Shown here one piece after another: positions 26,881 through 38,897 of a DNA stretch of 64,000 bases. The notes under the pieces were generated by a model that was given only the letters and a program-made list of their open reading frames with translations, ran no database searches and had not been told where the DNA came from. Position numbers and translations under genes: made by a program. How positions within the stretch are numbered: position 1 is the first letter of the stretch; the number at the start of each line of letters is the position of its first letter. The stretch lies in the NCBI GenBank assembly GCA_012295275.1, contig CM022668.1, positions 12,214,001 through 12,278,000 of the forward strand. Reading direction: 5' to 3'. The stretch is from Chrysomallon squamiferum. Its lineage: Eukaryota > Animalia > Mollusca.

Positions 26881-28557
26881 CATCAGACATCGAAGAATCA
26901 GAACTTTCATCTGATGAAGTTCACAGAGAAACAATTGAAATTGACTTGTCACAGACAGAGATGTCTGAAGACGAAACATTAGTGAAACAGAAATTCACCG
27001 AAACAGTCCAGGTTGTTCCGGAACAACTGCAACCAGAGACTGTCGAGATTGACATTCAATTCCAGCAGAAACCATCCACCACAACCACCACAGTTGTCCA
27101 CGAAGGCGAGACTCTTACCCAAGTAACCAGTGAGTTTGTTGACCATACAGCTCCTGTTGTAGTGGAAGGAGGCGAGGTGCATAAGACAACAGTGACAATG
27201 AGGAAAGGTGAAGAACTAGCTCCCGTCCAGCTGAAGGTTCAGCTTCCAGTGAAGCCTGAAACTGCTGAGACGCTTTCCCACCTAACAGAGGCTACAACCA
27301 CAGTCGTTTCAGAGATTAAGACCGTCCCCGTTGAAGACGCTGTGCCAGAGATTCATTCAGAGACTATAGAAATAACAACGGGTGAAACACAGCCTCAGGA
27401 AGTCCGGTTCGAACTCCCTGAAAAAGAGACTCAAATATCAGAGGTGACAGAAACCATCAAAACCCAGGCTCAAAGAATTGAGGTTGAAATTCACGAACAG
27501 ACAATTTTCAAAGAACCAGAGCCTCAGGAAATCACAGTGGATTTAAGAAAAGTCAGTAGAACAGAGATTGACATGGAAATGAAACAACAGCAGCAAGTTG
27601 AAGCAGCTCGTCCTGCTGATGAACAAATAGAAGAAACCAGGACTGTGATCACTAAGGAAACCAGAGTTGTTGAAGTAGCAGCCCCTGAACAAGAAACCAC
27701 AGTTGAGACCAGAGAAATAATTGAGCTGGAAGAACCATCTGAAGTACCTTCAGAGGAATCACAGATTACAGTAGAACTGGCTGAGGTTCCAAAAGAAGAG
27801 GTTACCTTTGAGGTTCCTCAACAAAGCATGGAGGTAGCTGAATCAGAAGAAACCGATGTCAAAGAAGTCTACACACATATTGAGGAAGTAGCACCAGAGA
27901 TTCAGAAGGAAGAGATTGTGATGGACGTTAAAGGACATGCTGAAGAAGAAGTTGCTTTTACTTTCCAGATAGCTCCTTCGGAGGAAACACCAGAGGAGGC
28001 TCCTAAGGAAGAAAAGACCTTTGTTTCTGAGGTTGAAGTGGAAAAAACTGAGACTGTTGAAGCAGAAGAAAGGTTCCGTGATGAAATTTCCTTTGATATC
28101 AAAGGAAAAGAAGAACAGATGGAGGAGGTACAGTTTACACTGACTGTCGAAGAAAAACCAGTGGAAGAAGTTACACCAGAAGAGGAAGTTACACCAGAAG
28201 AAATTGAAAAAGCTCCAGTTGTTCAGGAAATCTCTACTGCTGAACAGATCACTGAATTTGTCGAAGAAGGAAAAGCTCCAGAATTCACTTGGGGTCTGAT
28301 GTCACTGAAGGTCATGGATGGAGAAGAGGTCAAATTTAGATGTGAGGTCATTGGCAAACCTATGCCTGAAATAAGCTGGTTCCACGATGATGTCCCAATC
28401 ACAGAGAATCAGGACTTTAAGCTGACCTATGACTTAGAAACTGGAGTTTGCACACTGCTCATTGTTGAAGTGTTCCCACAAGATGCTGGAGAATACAGAT
28501 GTGTGGCTGTCAACATGCATGGAAAAGCAGTGACAAGAGCCATGTTGGAGATTGAAT
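26881..28557 (+). CDS. Titin-like exon: long E/V/T-rich spacer plus Ig13
   Basis: 1677 nt, phase 1-1; ends KAPEFTWGLMSLKVMDGEEVKFRC...QDAGEYRCVAVNMHG. Confidence 0.96.
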
Positions 28558-29035
28558 GTAAGTTAAATTAACTTATGTAATTCACTGGAACAAGCAGTTC
28601 ACCAGAGTTAAACTTTACATACAGACCAGCTTCTGATACATAGTGTTAAACATCAGAATAAATTTCCGTTTATTTCCGTTTATTTCATATATTACCAAGT
28701 CCACTCCTTTTCTTTCATATTTCTTCATCATCCTCCCAGTCTTTTCCATTCTTAATACAGCTAACTGAGATCTAGTTTGAATATAGCTTCGGGTTTGGAA
28801 AAATCTGATTTCTGTAAAGCCCATAGGCTGTAGACAGTTTTTATGTTTGCTTGAGAATATATTTTATAAAGCTACAGTCACGTATGAAAAAGCAATATAA
28901 AAATTACTTCATGCTTATAATAAAATTTATGGTAATATTTGATAATTTCAGTGTAGAAATTTTATTTATTTATTTTGAAATGCAATATTTAATTTTGTAT
29001 TTCTGTTTCTACAAATATAACTATTTCCATTGCAG

Positions 29036-32000
29036 CCTATGAATATGTACCAGACACTGAAGAGGCATCTGACTCAATGATGTCATCTTTAGAACCATCA
29101 TCTCCAAAACCTACACCTGCTGACTCTGATACCGAGGTTGCTGCACATACTCAGGAGTTCGTGGAGGAGGTCCAACGAATGCAGGAACAGTTCAGCACTG
29201 ACATTAAGGAGGAAGAAGAGACTGAAACAGAAACTGAGGCTCCTCGGGAGGAGGAGGAAGAACTGCAGCAATCTGGACTTGTTGAAGAAGCAGAACAGCC
29301 AATCCAGGAGTCCATTTCAGAAATTCAGCCTGAAGTTACTCAGACAGTCTCTGAGACACTTGAAGTTGGTGAGTCAGCAGAAGCTGTTGCCATGACAACA
29401 GAATTTCTCGCAGGAGCACAGCAGGAGGAGGAAGAGATCCTAGAAGTTTCTGAAGTGGAACATGAAGAGAAATATGAAGAAGCACAAACAGGAGAATTTC
29501 TAATTGAACTTGCCGACTCTGAAGTCACTCTTCAAGAGGAATTCAAAACTGACACTGTGGAAGAAACCACTGAAGTGCCAGAAGTCACTACTGTTACTGA
29601 AGAAATCTCTGAAGAGGCTAAACCTGCTGATGTCACTGCAGATTTGGCAGAACCAACCACTGAACAACCTTCCCACTACAAAACTGAAGTCATTGAGGAG
29701 GTTACAGAACAACAAGAAGTCTCTGATGTCACTGAAGAAACTAGAGAAGAAGCTGTACCAGAGGAGATAACACTGGATCTGACCAAAACTGTAGAAGAAA
29801 GTCCATCTGAGTATAAAGTTGGTGTCACTGAGGAAACTGTAGAGCAATCTGAAATCTCTGAGGTAACATCTGAGACTCTTGAGCAGACCCAAACTGAGGA
29901 GATTACCATTGATTTGGCTGAACCCAGAGCAGATCAACCTGCTGAATATCAAACAGAGGTTGTTGAGGAAACTAAAGAAGAGTCTGATGTGTCCATTGTC
30001 ACTTCAGAAGTACCTGAGGAGGCTGAAACTACAGCTGTGGAAATTGAAATGGCATTTCCTGGAGCTGAAAAACCATCAGAATTTGAAGTAGAAACTGTTG
30101 AAGAGATCACTGAGCATGCAGAAACTGTGGTAATATCTGAGGAGGCTAAAGAGGAAGCTGCCGTAGCTGACGTCAAAGTAGAAATGGGAGAGGTTTCTGC
30201 TGAGCATCCTGAAGAAAATGTAACTGATGAGGTTGAAGAGGTTACTAAAATATCTGAAACATCTGAGGTTGCAGAACAGACCTTTGAAGAAGTTGAAGTG
30301 GCAGAAATTGAACTTCACTTAGGAGAAACTGTTGCAGAACAACCAGAAGAGGTTGTGACTGATGTGGTTGAAGAGGTTACCAAAGAATCTGAAACATCTG
30401 AGGTTGCAGAAGAAATCTTTGAGGAGGTTGAAGTGGCAGAAATTGAACTTGACTTAGGAGAAACTGTTGTAGAACAACCAGAAGAGGTTGTGACTGATGT
30501 GGTTGAAGAGGTTACCAAAGAATCTGAAACATCTGAGGTTGCAGAAGAAATCTTTGAGGAGGTTGAAGTGGCTGAAATTGAACTTGACTTAGGAGAAACT
30601 GTTGCAGAACAACCAGAAGAAGTTGTGACTGACATGGTTGAAGAGGTTACCAAAGAATCTGAAACATCTGAGGTTGCAGAAGAAATCTTTGAGGAGGTTG
30701 AAGTGGCTGAAATTGAACTTGACTTAGGAGAAACTGTTGCCGAGCAACCAGAAGAGGTTGTGACTGATGTGGTTGAAGAGGTTACCAAAGAATCTGAAAC
30801 ATCTGAGGTTGCAGAAGAAATCTTTGAAGAGGTTGAAGGCACTGAAATTCAAGTAGATCTTGGAGAAACTGTTGCCAAGCAACCAGAAGAGGTTGTAACT
30901 GATGTGGTTGAAGAGGTTACCAAAGAATCTGAAACATCTGAGGTTGCAGAAGAAATCTATGAGGAGATTGAAGTGGCTGAAATCGAATTTGACCTAGGAG
31001 AATCTGTCACCAAGCAACCTGAAGAGGTTGTTACAGATGAAGTTGAAGAGGTTACCAAAGAATCTGAAACAACTGAGGTTGCAGAAGAAATCTTTGAGGA
31101 GGTTGAAGTAGCTGAAATTGAACTTGACTTAGGAGAAACTGTTGCCAAGCAACCAGAAGAGGTTGTGACTGATGAGATTGAAGAGGTTACCAAAGAATCT
31201 GAAACAACTGAGGTTGCAGAAGAAATCTTTGAAGAGGTTGAAGTAGCTGAAATTGAACTTGATCTTGGAGAAACTGTTGCCAAGCAACCAGAAGAGGTTG
31301 TGACTGATGAGGTTGAAGAGGTTACCAAAGAATCTGAAACATCTGAGGTTGCAGAAGAAATCTTTGAAGAGGTTGAAGTTGCTGAAATTGAACTTGACTT
31401 AGGAGAAACTGTTGCAGAACAACCAGAAGAGGTTGTGACTGATGTGGTTGAAGAGGTTACCAAAGAATCTGAAACATCTGAGGTTGCAGAAGAAATCTTT
31501 GAAGAGGTTGAAGGCACTGAAATTCAAGTAGATCTTGGAGAAACTGTTGCCAAGCAACCAGAAGAGGTTGTAACTGATGTGGTTGAAGAGGTTACCAAAG
31601 AATCTGAAACATCTGAGGTTGCAGAAGAAATCTTTGAAGAGGTTGCAGGCACTGAAATTCAAGTAGATCTTGGAGAAACTGTTGCCAAGCAACCAGAAGA
31701 GGTTGTAACTGATGTGGTTGAAGAGGTTACCAAAGAATCTGAAACAACTGAGGTTGCAGAAGAAATCTTTGAAGAGGTTGAAGGCACTGAAATTCAAGTA
31801 GATCTTGGAGAAACTGTTGCGAAGCAACCAGAAGAGGTTGTAACTGATGTGGTTGAAGAGGTTACCAAAGAATCTGAAACATCTGAGGTTGCAGAAGAAA
31901 TCTTTGAGGAGATTGAAGTGGCTGAAATCGAATTTGACCTAGGAGAATCTGTCACCAAGCAACCTGAAGAGGTTGTTACAGATGAAGTTGAAGAGGTTAC

Positions 32001-33148
32001 CAAAGAATCTGAAACATCTGAGGTTGCAGAAGAAATCTTTGAGGAGGTTGAAACTGCCGAGATACAAGTAGAAATGGGAGAAACAGTCCCAGAAGAATTG
32101 GAGGAATTTAAAACCGAAGAGATCGAAGAGGTGACAAAAGAATCAGAAACATCTGAAGTCCCTGAAGAAATTCTTGAAGAGGTTGAAGTTGCCGAGACTG
32201 AAACTGAAACAACAGAAGTCACTAGAGAAGAACAAGAACAATTCAAAACCGAAATGACACTGGAGGTAACAGAAGAAAGCGAGGTGTCTGACGTGGTAGC
32301 CCAAGCTGTGGATGAAACTGTTACCGAGGACATACCACAAGAACTGGAAGAAACCACAGCAGAATTACCAGAAAAATCCCAAACTGAAGTCGTTGAAGAA
32401 ATCATTGAAGATGCTGAGATAGCACCTGTGTCACCCGAGGTTCCAGAAGAGACCGAGGTCTCTGAAACAACAGCAGAGTTAGCTGAACCTGTGGAAGAGA
32501 AACCTGATGAGTACAAGACCGAGGTCAGTCTAGAGGTGCTGGAAGAAGGTGAGGTGACTGATGTTGTTAAGGAGGATGTTGAGCAGACTGAAGTAACTGA
32601 GGTCACCACAGTGCTAGCTGAAACATCAGCTCAGCTCCCCAGACCATACTTAGTTGAAGAAGAAGCTGAAGTTGCGGAAGTTGAAGCAGAAAAACCTGTT
32701 GAAGATATTACCTTTACCATGATCCAGGAGAAGATTGAAGCTTATGCTACAGAAATTGCTAAGAAAATCATTGCAGAAGTAAAAGAGGTAGAAGAAGAAA
32801 TACCTACTGAGAAAAGTGAATTAGAAATACAAGTTGAAGCTCCAGCACCTACTGAAGAAGAAGAAGTGGAAGCTCCATCATTCACTCAGCTTCTTACAGA
32901 CGTTACAGTTATGGAGAGCACAGTGCTGAGACTTGAAGTCACAGCTACTGGAAAACCTGTACCAGATCTGACTTGGTATGTCGATGATCAGGAACTGGTT
33001 CCATCAGAGGACATGAAGGTGGTGACAGAAAATGGACATTCTGTTCTGGAGATTCAGGATGTTCTTCAGGATGATGAGGGAGAATACAGGGTTGATGCCT
33101 ATAACAAGGTTGGCCGATGTTCTTCCATAGCTTACATCACTGTTTTAC
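29036..33148 (+). CDS. Giant titin-like exon: acidic 45-aa repeat array plus Ig14
   Basis: 4113 nt, phase 1-1, uninterrupted frame; tgcAG and C|GTAAGT. Confidence 0.96.
29506..32610 (+). repeat. Coding tandem repeat, 135-bp (45-aa) unit, about 23 copies, with about 13 near-identical core copies at roughly 30320-32070
   Basis: Equivalent positions at 30361, 30496, 30631 ... 31981, spaced 135 bp; unit LGETVAEQPEEVVTDVVEEVTKESETSEVAEEIFEEVEVAEIELD. Confidence 0.95.
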
Positions 33149-33438
33149 GTAAGTATCTAAACACTTTGTTGTTTATTTTTAATCACCACAGACAAGTCCT
33201 TCAAGGCATTACAGTAATATTTCTTGTTAGGGATATATCTGAATGTGATTTGGGCACATCCATTTAAGAAGAAAATACAAATTAAATATTTTAACCATAA
33301 CTAAAAGTTACATTATGAAATGAATAAAAATATGATTTGTCATCATTGTCAAATTTTTTGCTTTATAATAGAAATTAGTGTCATTGGCATGGAACATTAC
33401 TTGTTGGGATCATTAGCTGTTATAAATCAATAAATCAA

Positions 33439-33469
<31 letters not shown>

Positions 33470-33577
33470 ATCCTTTTTATTTTTTTTTTTAAATTTATTA
33501 AGTAACAAAATGTTTAATAAATTTAAAATAATTTTTATTTTTTTACTTAACTTTACTTTATTTTATTTTATTTACAG

Positions 33578-35626
33578 CATCAAGTGCACCATCATCTGAA
33601 GCACCTGAATCACCCACTGAAGAAACAGTGGTATCAGAAATATTCAAAGAGGAGATAACTCTAGAGCAAAAGGAAACCCAAGAAGTGGAAATCAAAGAGG
33701 ACAAATACAAAACTGAGATTACTATGGAAACAAAACCTGAACTGGAAGAGGTGGAATTGGAGGTTGAAGCTTCCACAAAGGAGACAGAGGTTACATACAG
33801 AGAAACTGTTGATATTGTCAAGGAGGTTGAGGTAACTAAGGAAGAAAGATTCAAGCAAGAAATCACATTTGAAGTTGAAACAGAAGAACAGGAGGGAGAT
33901 ATCAAAAGACCTTCACCTGAACTGATAATTGAGGAAAGACCAGTTATTACACAGGAGGTCAAAGAATCTGTGGAAAGTTTTGAAGAAGCTGCCCCTGAAG
34001 AAACTGAAGTGATTTCAGAGGTTGAAATCGAAAGACCAGCCTCTGAAATGGCCATTGAATTGAGAGAAACAGTCACAGTCCACAAAGAAGCAGAATCTGA
34101 AGTTGAGGAGACTGAGACTGAAATTGTCGTTGAGACATCATCTGATGAAATTACAACTGAGGTTGAGAAACCCGAAGAAGAGGTCATTCAAGAACTTAGA
34201 GAAGTTGTCCAAATTGAGGGTGAGCAGGTCACTGAGGTTGAAGTTCTCCAGGAGGTGGTTCAGGAGGTTTCCACTGAAGAAGAAATTCCTGAGAGACAAG
34301 TTGAAAAACCAAAGGAAGATATTGCAGAAGAACTCAGAGAAAGGATCATAGTTGATTCTGAAATCCCATCAAAAGCTAAAGAAGCTGAAGTCTCTTTGGA
34401 AGTTTATGAAGAAGGACTTCCAGAAACTCAGGCTGAAGCACCTGTTGCTGAAACAACAGAAGAACTAAGGGCAAGAATCACAGTTGATGAAGAAATAGTA
34501 TCAACAGTAAAAGAACAAGAAGAAATTGTTGAGGAAGCTCCAGTTGAAGATAAAATGCCTGAGATTGAAGCAGAAGCCCCAAGACTGGAGACAACAGAAG
34601 AAATTCGAGAAACAATTCAAATTGAGGAACAACAACAGACAGTTGCTGAGGAAGTCTTGGAAACTGCTGAAGAAGCACCTTCTGAAGAGATAACAACTGA
34701 AGTCCAGGTTGAAAAACCAACTGAAGAGATCACTGAGACCATCAAAGAGGTGATTGAGATTCAGGATACAAAACCCTCAGAGGCTGAAGAGGTTGAAGAA
34801 GTCACTGAAATCACTGTGGCAGAAGACCTCAAACCTGAAGTGGAAACAGAAGCTCCTGTTCTTGAGACCACTGAAGAGATACGCGAGACTGTTACAATGG
34901 AAGAACTGAAGCCATCAGAAGCAGAAGAGACAACAGAAATCTTTGAAGAAATAGAGTACGAGGAGATCACGAGTGAAGTTAAAATTGAGACTACAACAGA
35001 AGAGGTTTCTGAAGTTATCAGAGAAGTGGTTGAAGTGGAGGAAGAGAAGCCAGCAAAGATTAGTCCAGAAGAAGAAGTAGTTGAAGTTCCTTCAACTGAA
35101 GAAGTTCTGGAAGTCGAAATGGCAGCACCTGCAGAAGAAACCACTGAAGAAATTCGAGAAACTGTCCAAGTGCAGGAACAGAAACTGTCTGAGACTGCAG
35201 TAAGTGAAGAGGTGTTGGAAAAAGAAGCAGCTGAGGACATCATTGTCCAGGCAAAAGAGGACACAGTGGTCGAAGAAGAAATTTCTGAGGTGGTTGAAAA
35301 GGTTTCAGTTGTTGAAGAGAGACCATCAGAAGCCGAAGAGGCTGTTGTAGTCGCTGAAGAAGCACCCATAGATGAAATCACTGCCGAGGTTGACATTCAG
35401 AAACCTGCAGAAGAGGTTGCTGAAGATGTACAAGAAACTGTCACAGTAGAAGATGTAAAACCAGCGGAAATCACTGAAGAGATGATGGAGGTTCAAGAAA
35501 CTGTGACTGAAGACATTGTTGTTGATGTCGAGACTGAGAAACCTGTTGAGGAAGTTGCTGATGTTGTGAAAGAACAAGCTGATGTTACTGAAGTTGATGT
35601 CAGACAAGCAGAAGAAGAAATAAAAA
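33578..35626 (+). CDS. Large titin-like exon: E-rich spring-like region with diverged 44-47-aa repeats, no Ig
   Basis: 2049 nt, phase 1-1; ORF 33628-35646; A|GTAAGA donor. Confidence 0.94.
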
Positions 35627-36024
35627 GTAAGATTCATTGGTTTTGAAAATTAAATAAAATAGAAAAAAAAATAGTTTTTAGAAATTAGGATGACCCATAT
35701 CAAAAATTTATCATTATTTAGAGTCATATTAAATTTTTCTTTGGAAGAAACCTGAAATCTTGAACAAATAGGTGAATAAAAAATATTTTCATTACTTTTT
35801 GAAACCATGAACACTATCATTTTATTAAAACTTAGTATCTAAAACAAAAATCTATTTTCAATTCTTATGATACAAAACAGTTTATCTCTCTAACATTGGT
35901 ATGTAATGTCATTGCCAAATCAAATTAACTAAATTCCATGGACTTTTCAGAAAAATCCTTTACTTTTTTTTTTTAATAACAAAAGCTAAAACTCTAATAA
36001 TGTATATTTCTATTTCTGTTTCAG

Positions 36025-36150
36025 CTGATGTTACCATAGAGACTGAAGTCAGTGAAACAGTTGTCAAGGTGATTGAAGAGACTAAAGAAGAAACAGAACA
36101 AGTTGAAATCGCCTTTGACATTAAACCTGAAGAGAAACCCACCCTACCAG
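36025..36150 (+). CDS. Titin-like exon: short E-rich spacer
   Basis: DVTIETEVSETVVKVIEETKEETEQVEIAFDIKPEEKPTLP; 126 nt, phase 1-1. Confidence 0.92.
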
Positions 36151-36523
36151 GTAAAAAATCATTTAATGATATATTTTGTAAACAAACAAATTTTCTTTTT
36201 TAATGTAGAAACATGAAAGGACCATTATCATACAGCTCATTTTTCGATGCGTATCAGTAATGGTATCAAATAATAAATACAAATAATGAAATATTTACTC
36301 ATTTATTTTCATAAACATTTAGTCTTACAAAGTCCAGTAAGAAGGTCCATCTTAGAATCATCTCTTTACACAACTACCCTTTTTTTTTCTTTTTTTTTTA
36401 ATTATAATTCAGCTCAAATCCTGCAAGACAATTGGTCTATCTGACTAGATGGTCTCCATGAATACACTAAACAGTTAGCCACATAAAGGTATTACATGCT
36501 AATTTATTCTCTCAATCCTGCAG

Positions 36524-36702
36524 AAACCCTGCAAGAGGATCAGCCTGACCAGGCTGTTGCTCCTGCTGCCCCGGAACTGGAAAAAGAAGCTCCCCGTTTC
36601 ACACAGACCCTCCACAAACAGCTGCAAGTGTTTGAGGGATCACGCGTCACAGTGGAGTGCGTTGTCACAGGACGGCCGATGCCCACAGTCACATGGTTCA
36701 TG
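36524..36702 (+). CDS. Titin-like exon: N-half of Ig15
   Basis: EAPRFTQTLHKQLQVFEGSRVTVECVVTGRPMPTVTWFM; phase 1-0. Confidence 0.94.
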
Positions 36703-37402
36703 GTGTGTGAAGTACAGATATTTATTTATTGTTCTTGGTGTTAGATATTTTTTGGTATCTCATCTTTAGCGATGTAGTATTTGTTACAGTACTTGTTAAT
36801 GCGTAATACTTTGTTCATGGTGTAGTAAGTTTTGATATTTTATCTTTTACACTTGTTTATGGCATATCATACCTATTTATTATTCTTGAAAAATCTTGAT
36901 ATTTCATCTTTTTTTAAGTGTTATGACTTGGTTTGACTGGTATTTTTTATTTATTATTCCTGGTGTTAGATAAATTTTGATATTTCATCCTTTCTTTAAA
37001 AAAACTGGTATCATTTGATTCATTTATAATATATTTCATTTATTATTCTTGGTGTTTGATAAATTTCTGTATTATTTTATTTATTTATTTTTTAGTTGTT
37101 CATCTTTACCTAATAATGGTAAAATATATAAATCTTTGTAATTACACTAACAAAATAACATAAAAATTAAAAATGTTAAATTATTATTTTTTTCTATTTC
37201 TAAGGTACTTTAAAAATTAGAAAATAATATTTTTCATTTAATAATTTGTTTTTATTATTATGACTTTTTTATTTTGTATTATTATTATTATTATTATTTA
37301 TTTATTTTTTTTGTTTGTTATAACTTTTCCTAGAAATGGTAAAATAAAAATCATAATTTCAGAAACAAACAATATTCTTAACGTCTCGCTTTTCTTTCAA
37401 AG

Positions 37403-37571
37403 GAGGACACTGAAGTTGTCACAAGTGAACGATTTATAACAGAGTACAAAGATGGCCGATGCACGTTGACAATCCCAAAGATAACCATTGATGAAGACGC
37501 TGTAGAGTTCACTTGTGAAGCCAAGAATGAGGCGGGCACAGCCAAAACTTGGATTGAAATTTTCGTTGAAA
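37403..37571 (+). CDS. Titin-like exon: C-half of Ig15
   Basis: EDTEVVTSERFITEYKDGRCTLTIPKITIDEDAVEFTCEAKNEAGTAKTWIEIFVE; A|GTAAGG. Confidence 0.93.
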
Positions 37572-38855
37572 GTAAGGATCCTAAATTGCTGGGAGGCAAA
37601 TGTAGATTTTGTGTCATTGAAAATGTGTTTAAATTTTTTTACTTACGAAAGACAAATATTGAATTTGTTAGTAAGTTCTTGTATTACATTCTTTAACTGA
37701 AAATATGAGAGGTTTTGTTGTTAATATGAAACACAAGATATAGTTAAGGAGTTCTTGTTTTATCATTATTATTAACATTAGGTCTTAAAAAAAAATGTTT
37801 TTCCTTATTTATATATTTGGTTTAATATTATTGATATTTTTAAAATATTTAATACTTATAAATAATTTTTAAATGTTTCTAAAAATGTTTTTAAAAATTA
37901 CAAATTCTTTTATTATACATTTCTTTTCAGTATTAATTTTATTTTATTTTTAATATATTTGTTTTATTTTTATTTTCCAAACCTGAGGGGTTTTATATAC
38001 ATATATCTTTATTAGTGATATATTGTAGAGACAATATATAAATTTAATGGATGCAGTCATGTGACTCCATACAATACTACTTTCCATATCTCACTGAACA
38101 TAAGAAATGCTGCCAATGCATGAAATCCTTGCTTCATCATAGCCAAAGCTTTAATAGTATTCACTGTACATTAATATCAATTAAATACAAGAAAATACAG
38201 GAATGTGATTTATAAATAAATACAATTAAATTAATTCTAAACTTTATAATGTAACTATTTCCCAGTAAAGAAATAAATTTATTAATTCTGTATTGTTTAA
38301 ATTATAGTCTGTATTTTTATTTTATTTTATTTTATTAGTTATATATATAAATTTATTATTACTGTCATTATTAATATCATTATTATTATTATTATTATTA
38401 AATGCATTTATTTATTTATTTATTTATTTATTTTACTTTACATTCAATCAAAAATAATTTAAGAATTAAATATTTAAACAACAATTAATTACAATTCGCT
38501 ACTTGATAAATTCTCAAGAAATAAGGTTAAAAAATCACGAACAAATATACTTACCAAGAATATAATTATGATTACTTATTCATTTAAAAAAAAAAAAAAA
38601 AAATTTATACTGAATCTTAAAACAAAATGTAAAAGAAATAACTGGGCAAAAAACAAAACACCAGTTAAAAATATTCATGACATCATTTCACTGTGCTTTT
38701 AATACAGGCATGTTGCTATGGTAACAAAGCCAGCTTTTCATGCAGACCAAGCATGATGATAATTCTTGATAGCTAGTCATTTTATTTAGTGCATAATTTA
38801 GAAATAGTTTTAGAATTTGGATCTGATCTTTATTTTAGAATAAAATATAAAATAC

Positions 38856-38897
<42 letters not shown>

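Noticed and set aside
28615-28824. 69-aa minus-strand ORF in a short intron
   Set aside because: No recognisable domain or partner exons; a length like this can arise by chance.
30320-32070. Regularly spaced repeats superficially like a CRISPR array
   Set aside because: Contiguous 135-bp in-frame coding units with no unique spacers, in a eukaryotic spliced gene.
29340-35637. Many minus-strand S/T- or F-rich ORFs over the giant exons (also over 57694-63926)
   Set aside because: Antisense shadows of GAA/GAG-rich coding repeats; no independent domain or splice signals.
36715-37070. Degenerate intronic repeats (ttattcttggtgttagata...; also cccaatttgaaatt at about 39085-39170)
   Set aside because: Ordinary decayed local duplications with no evident function.
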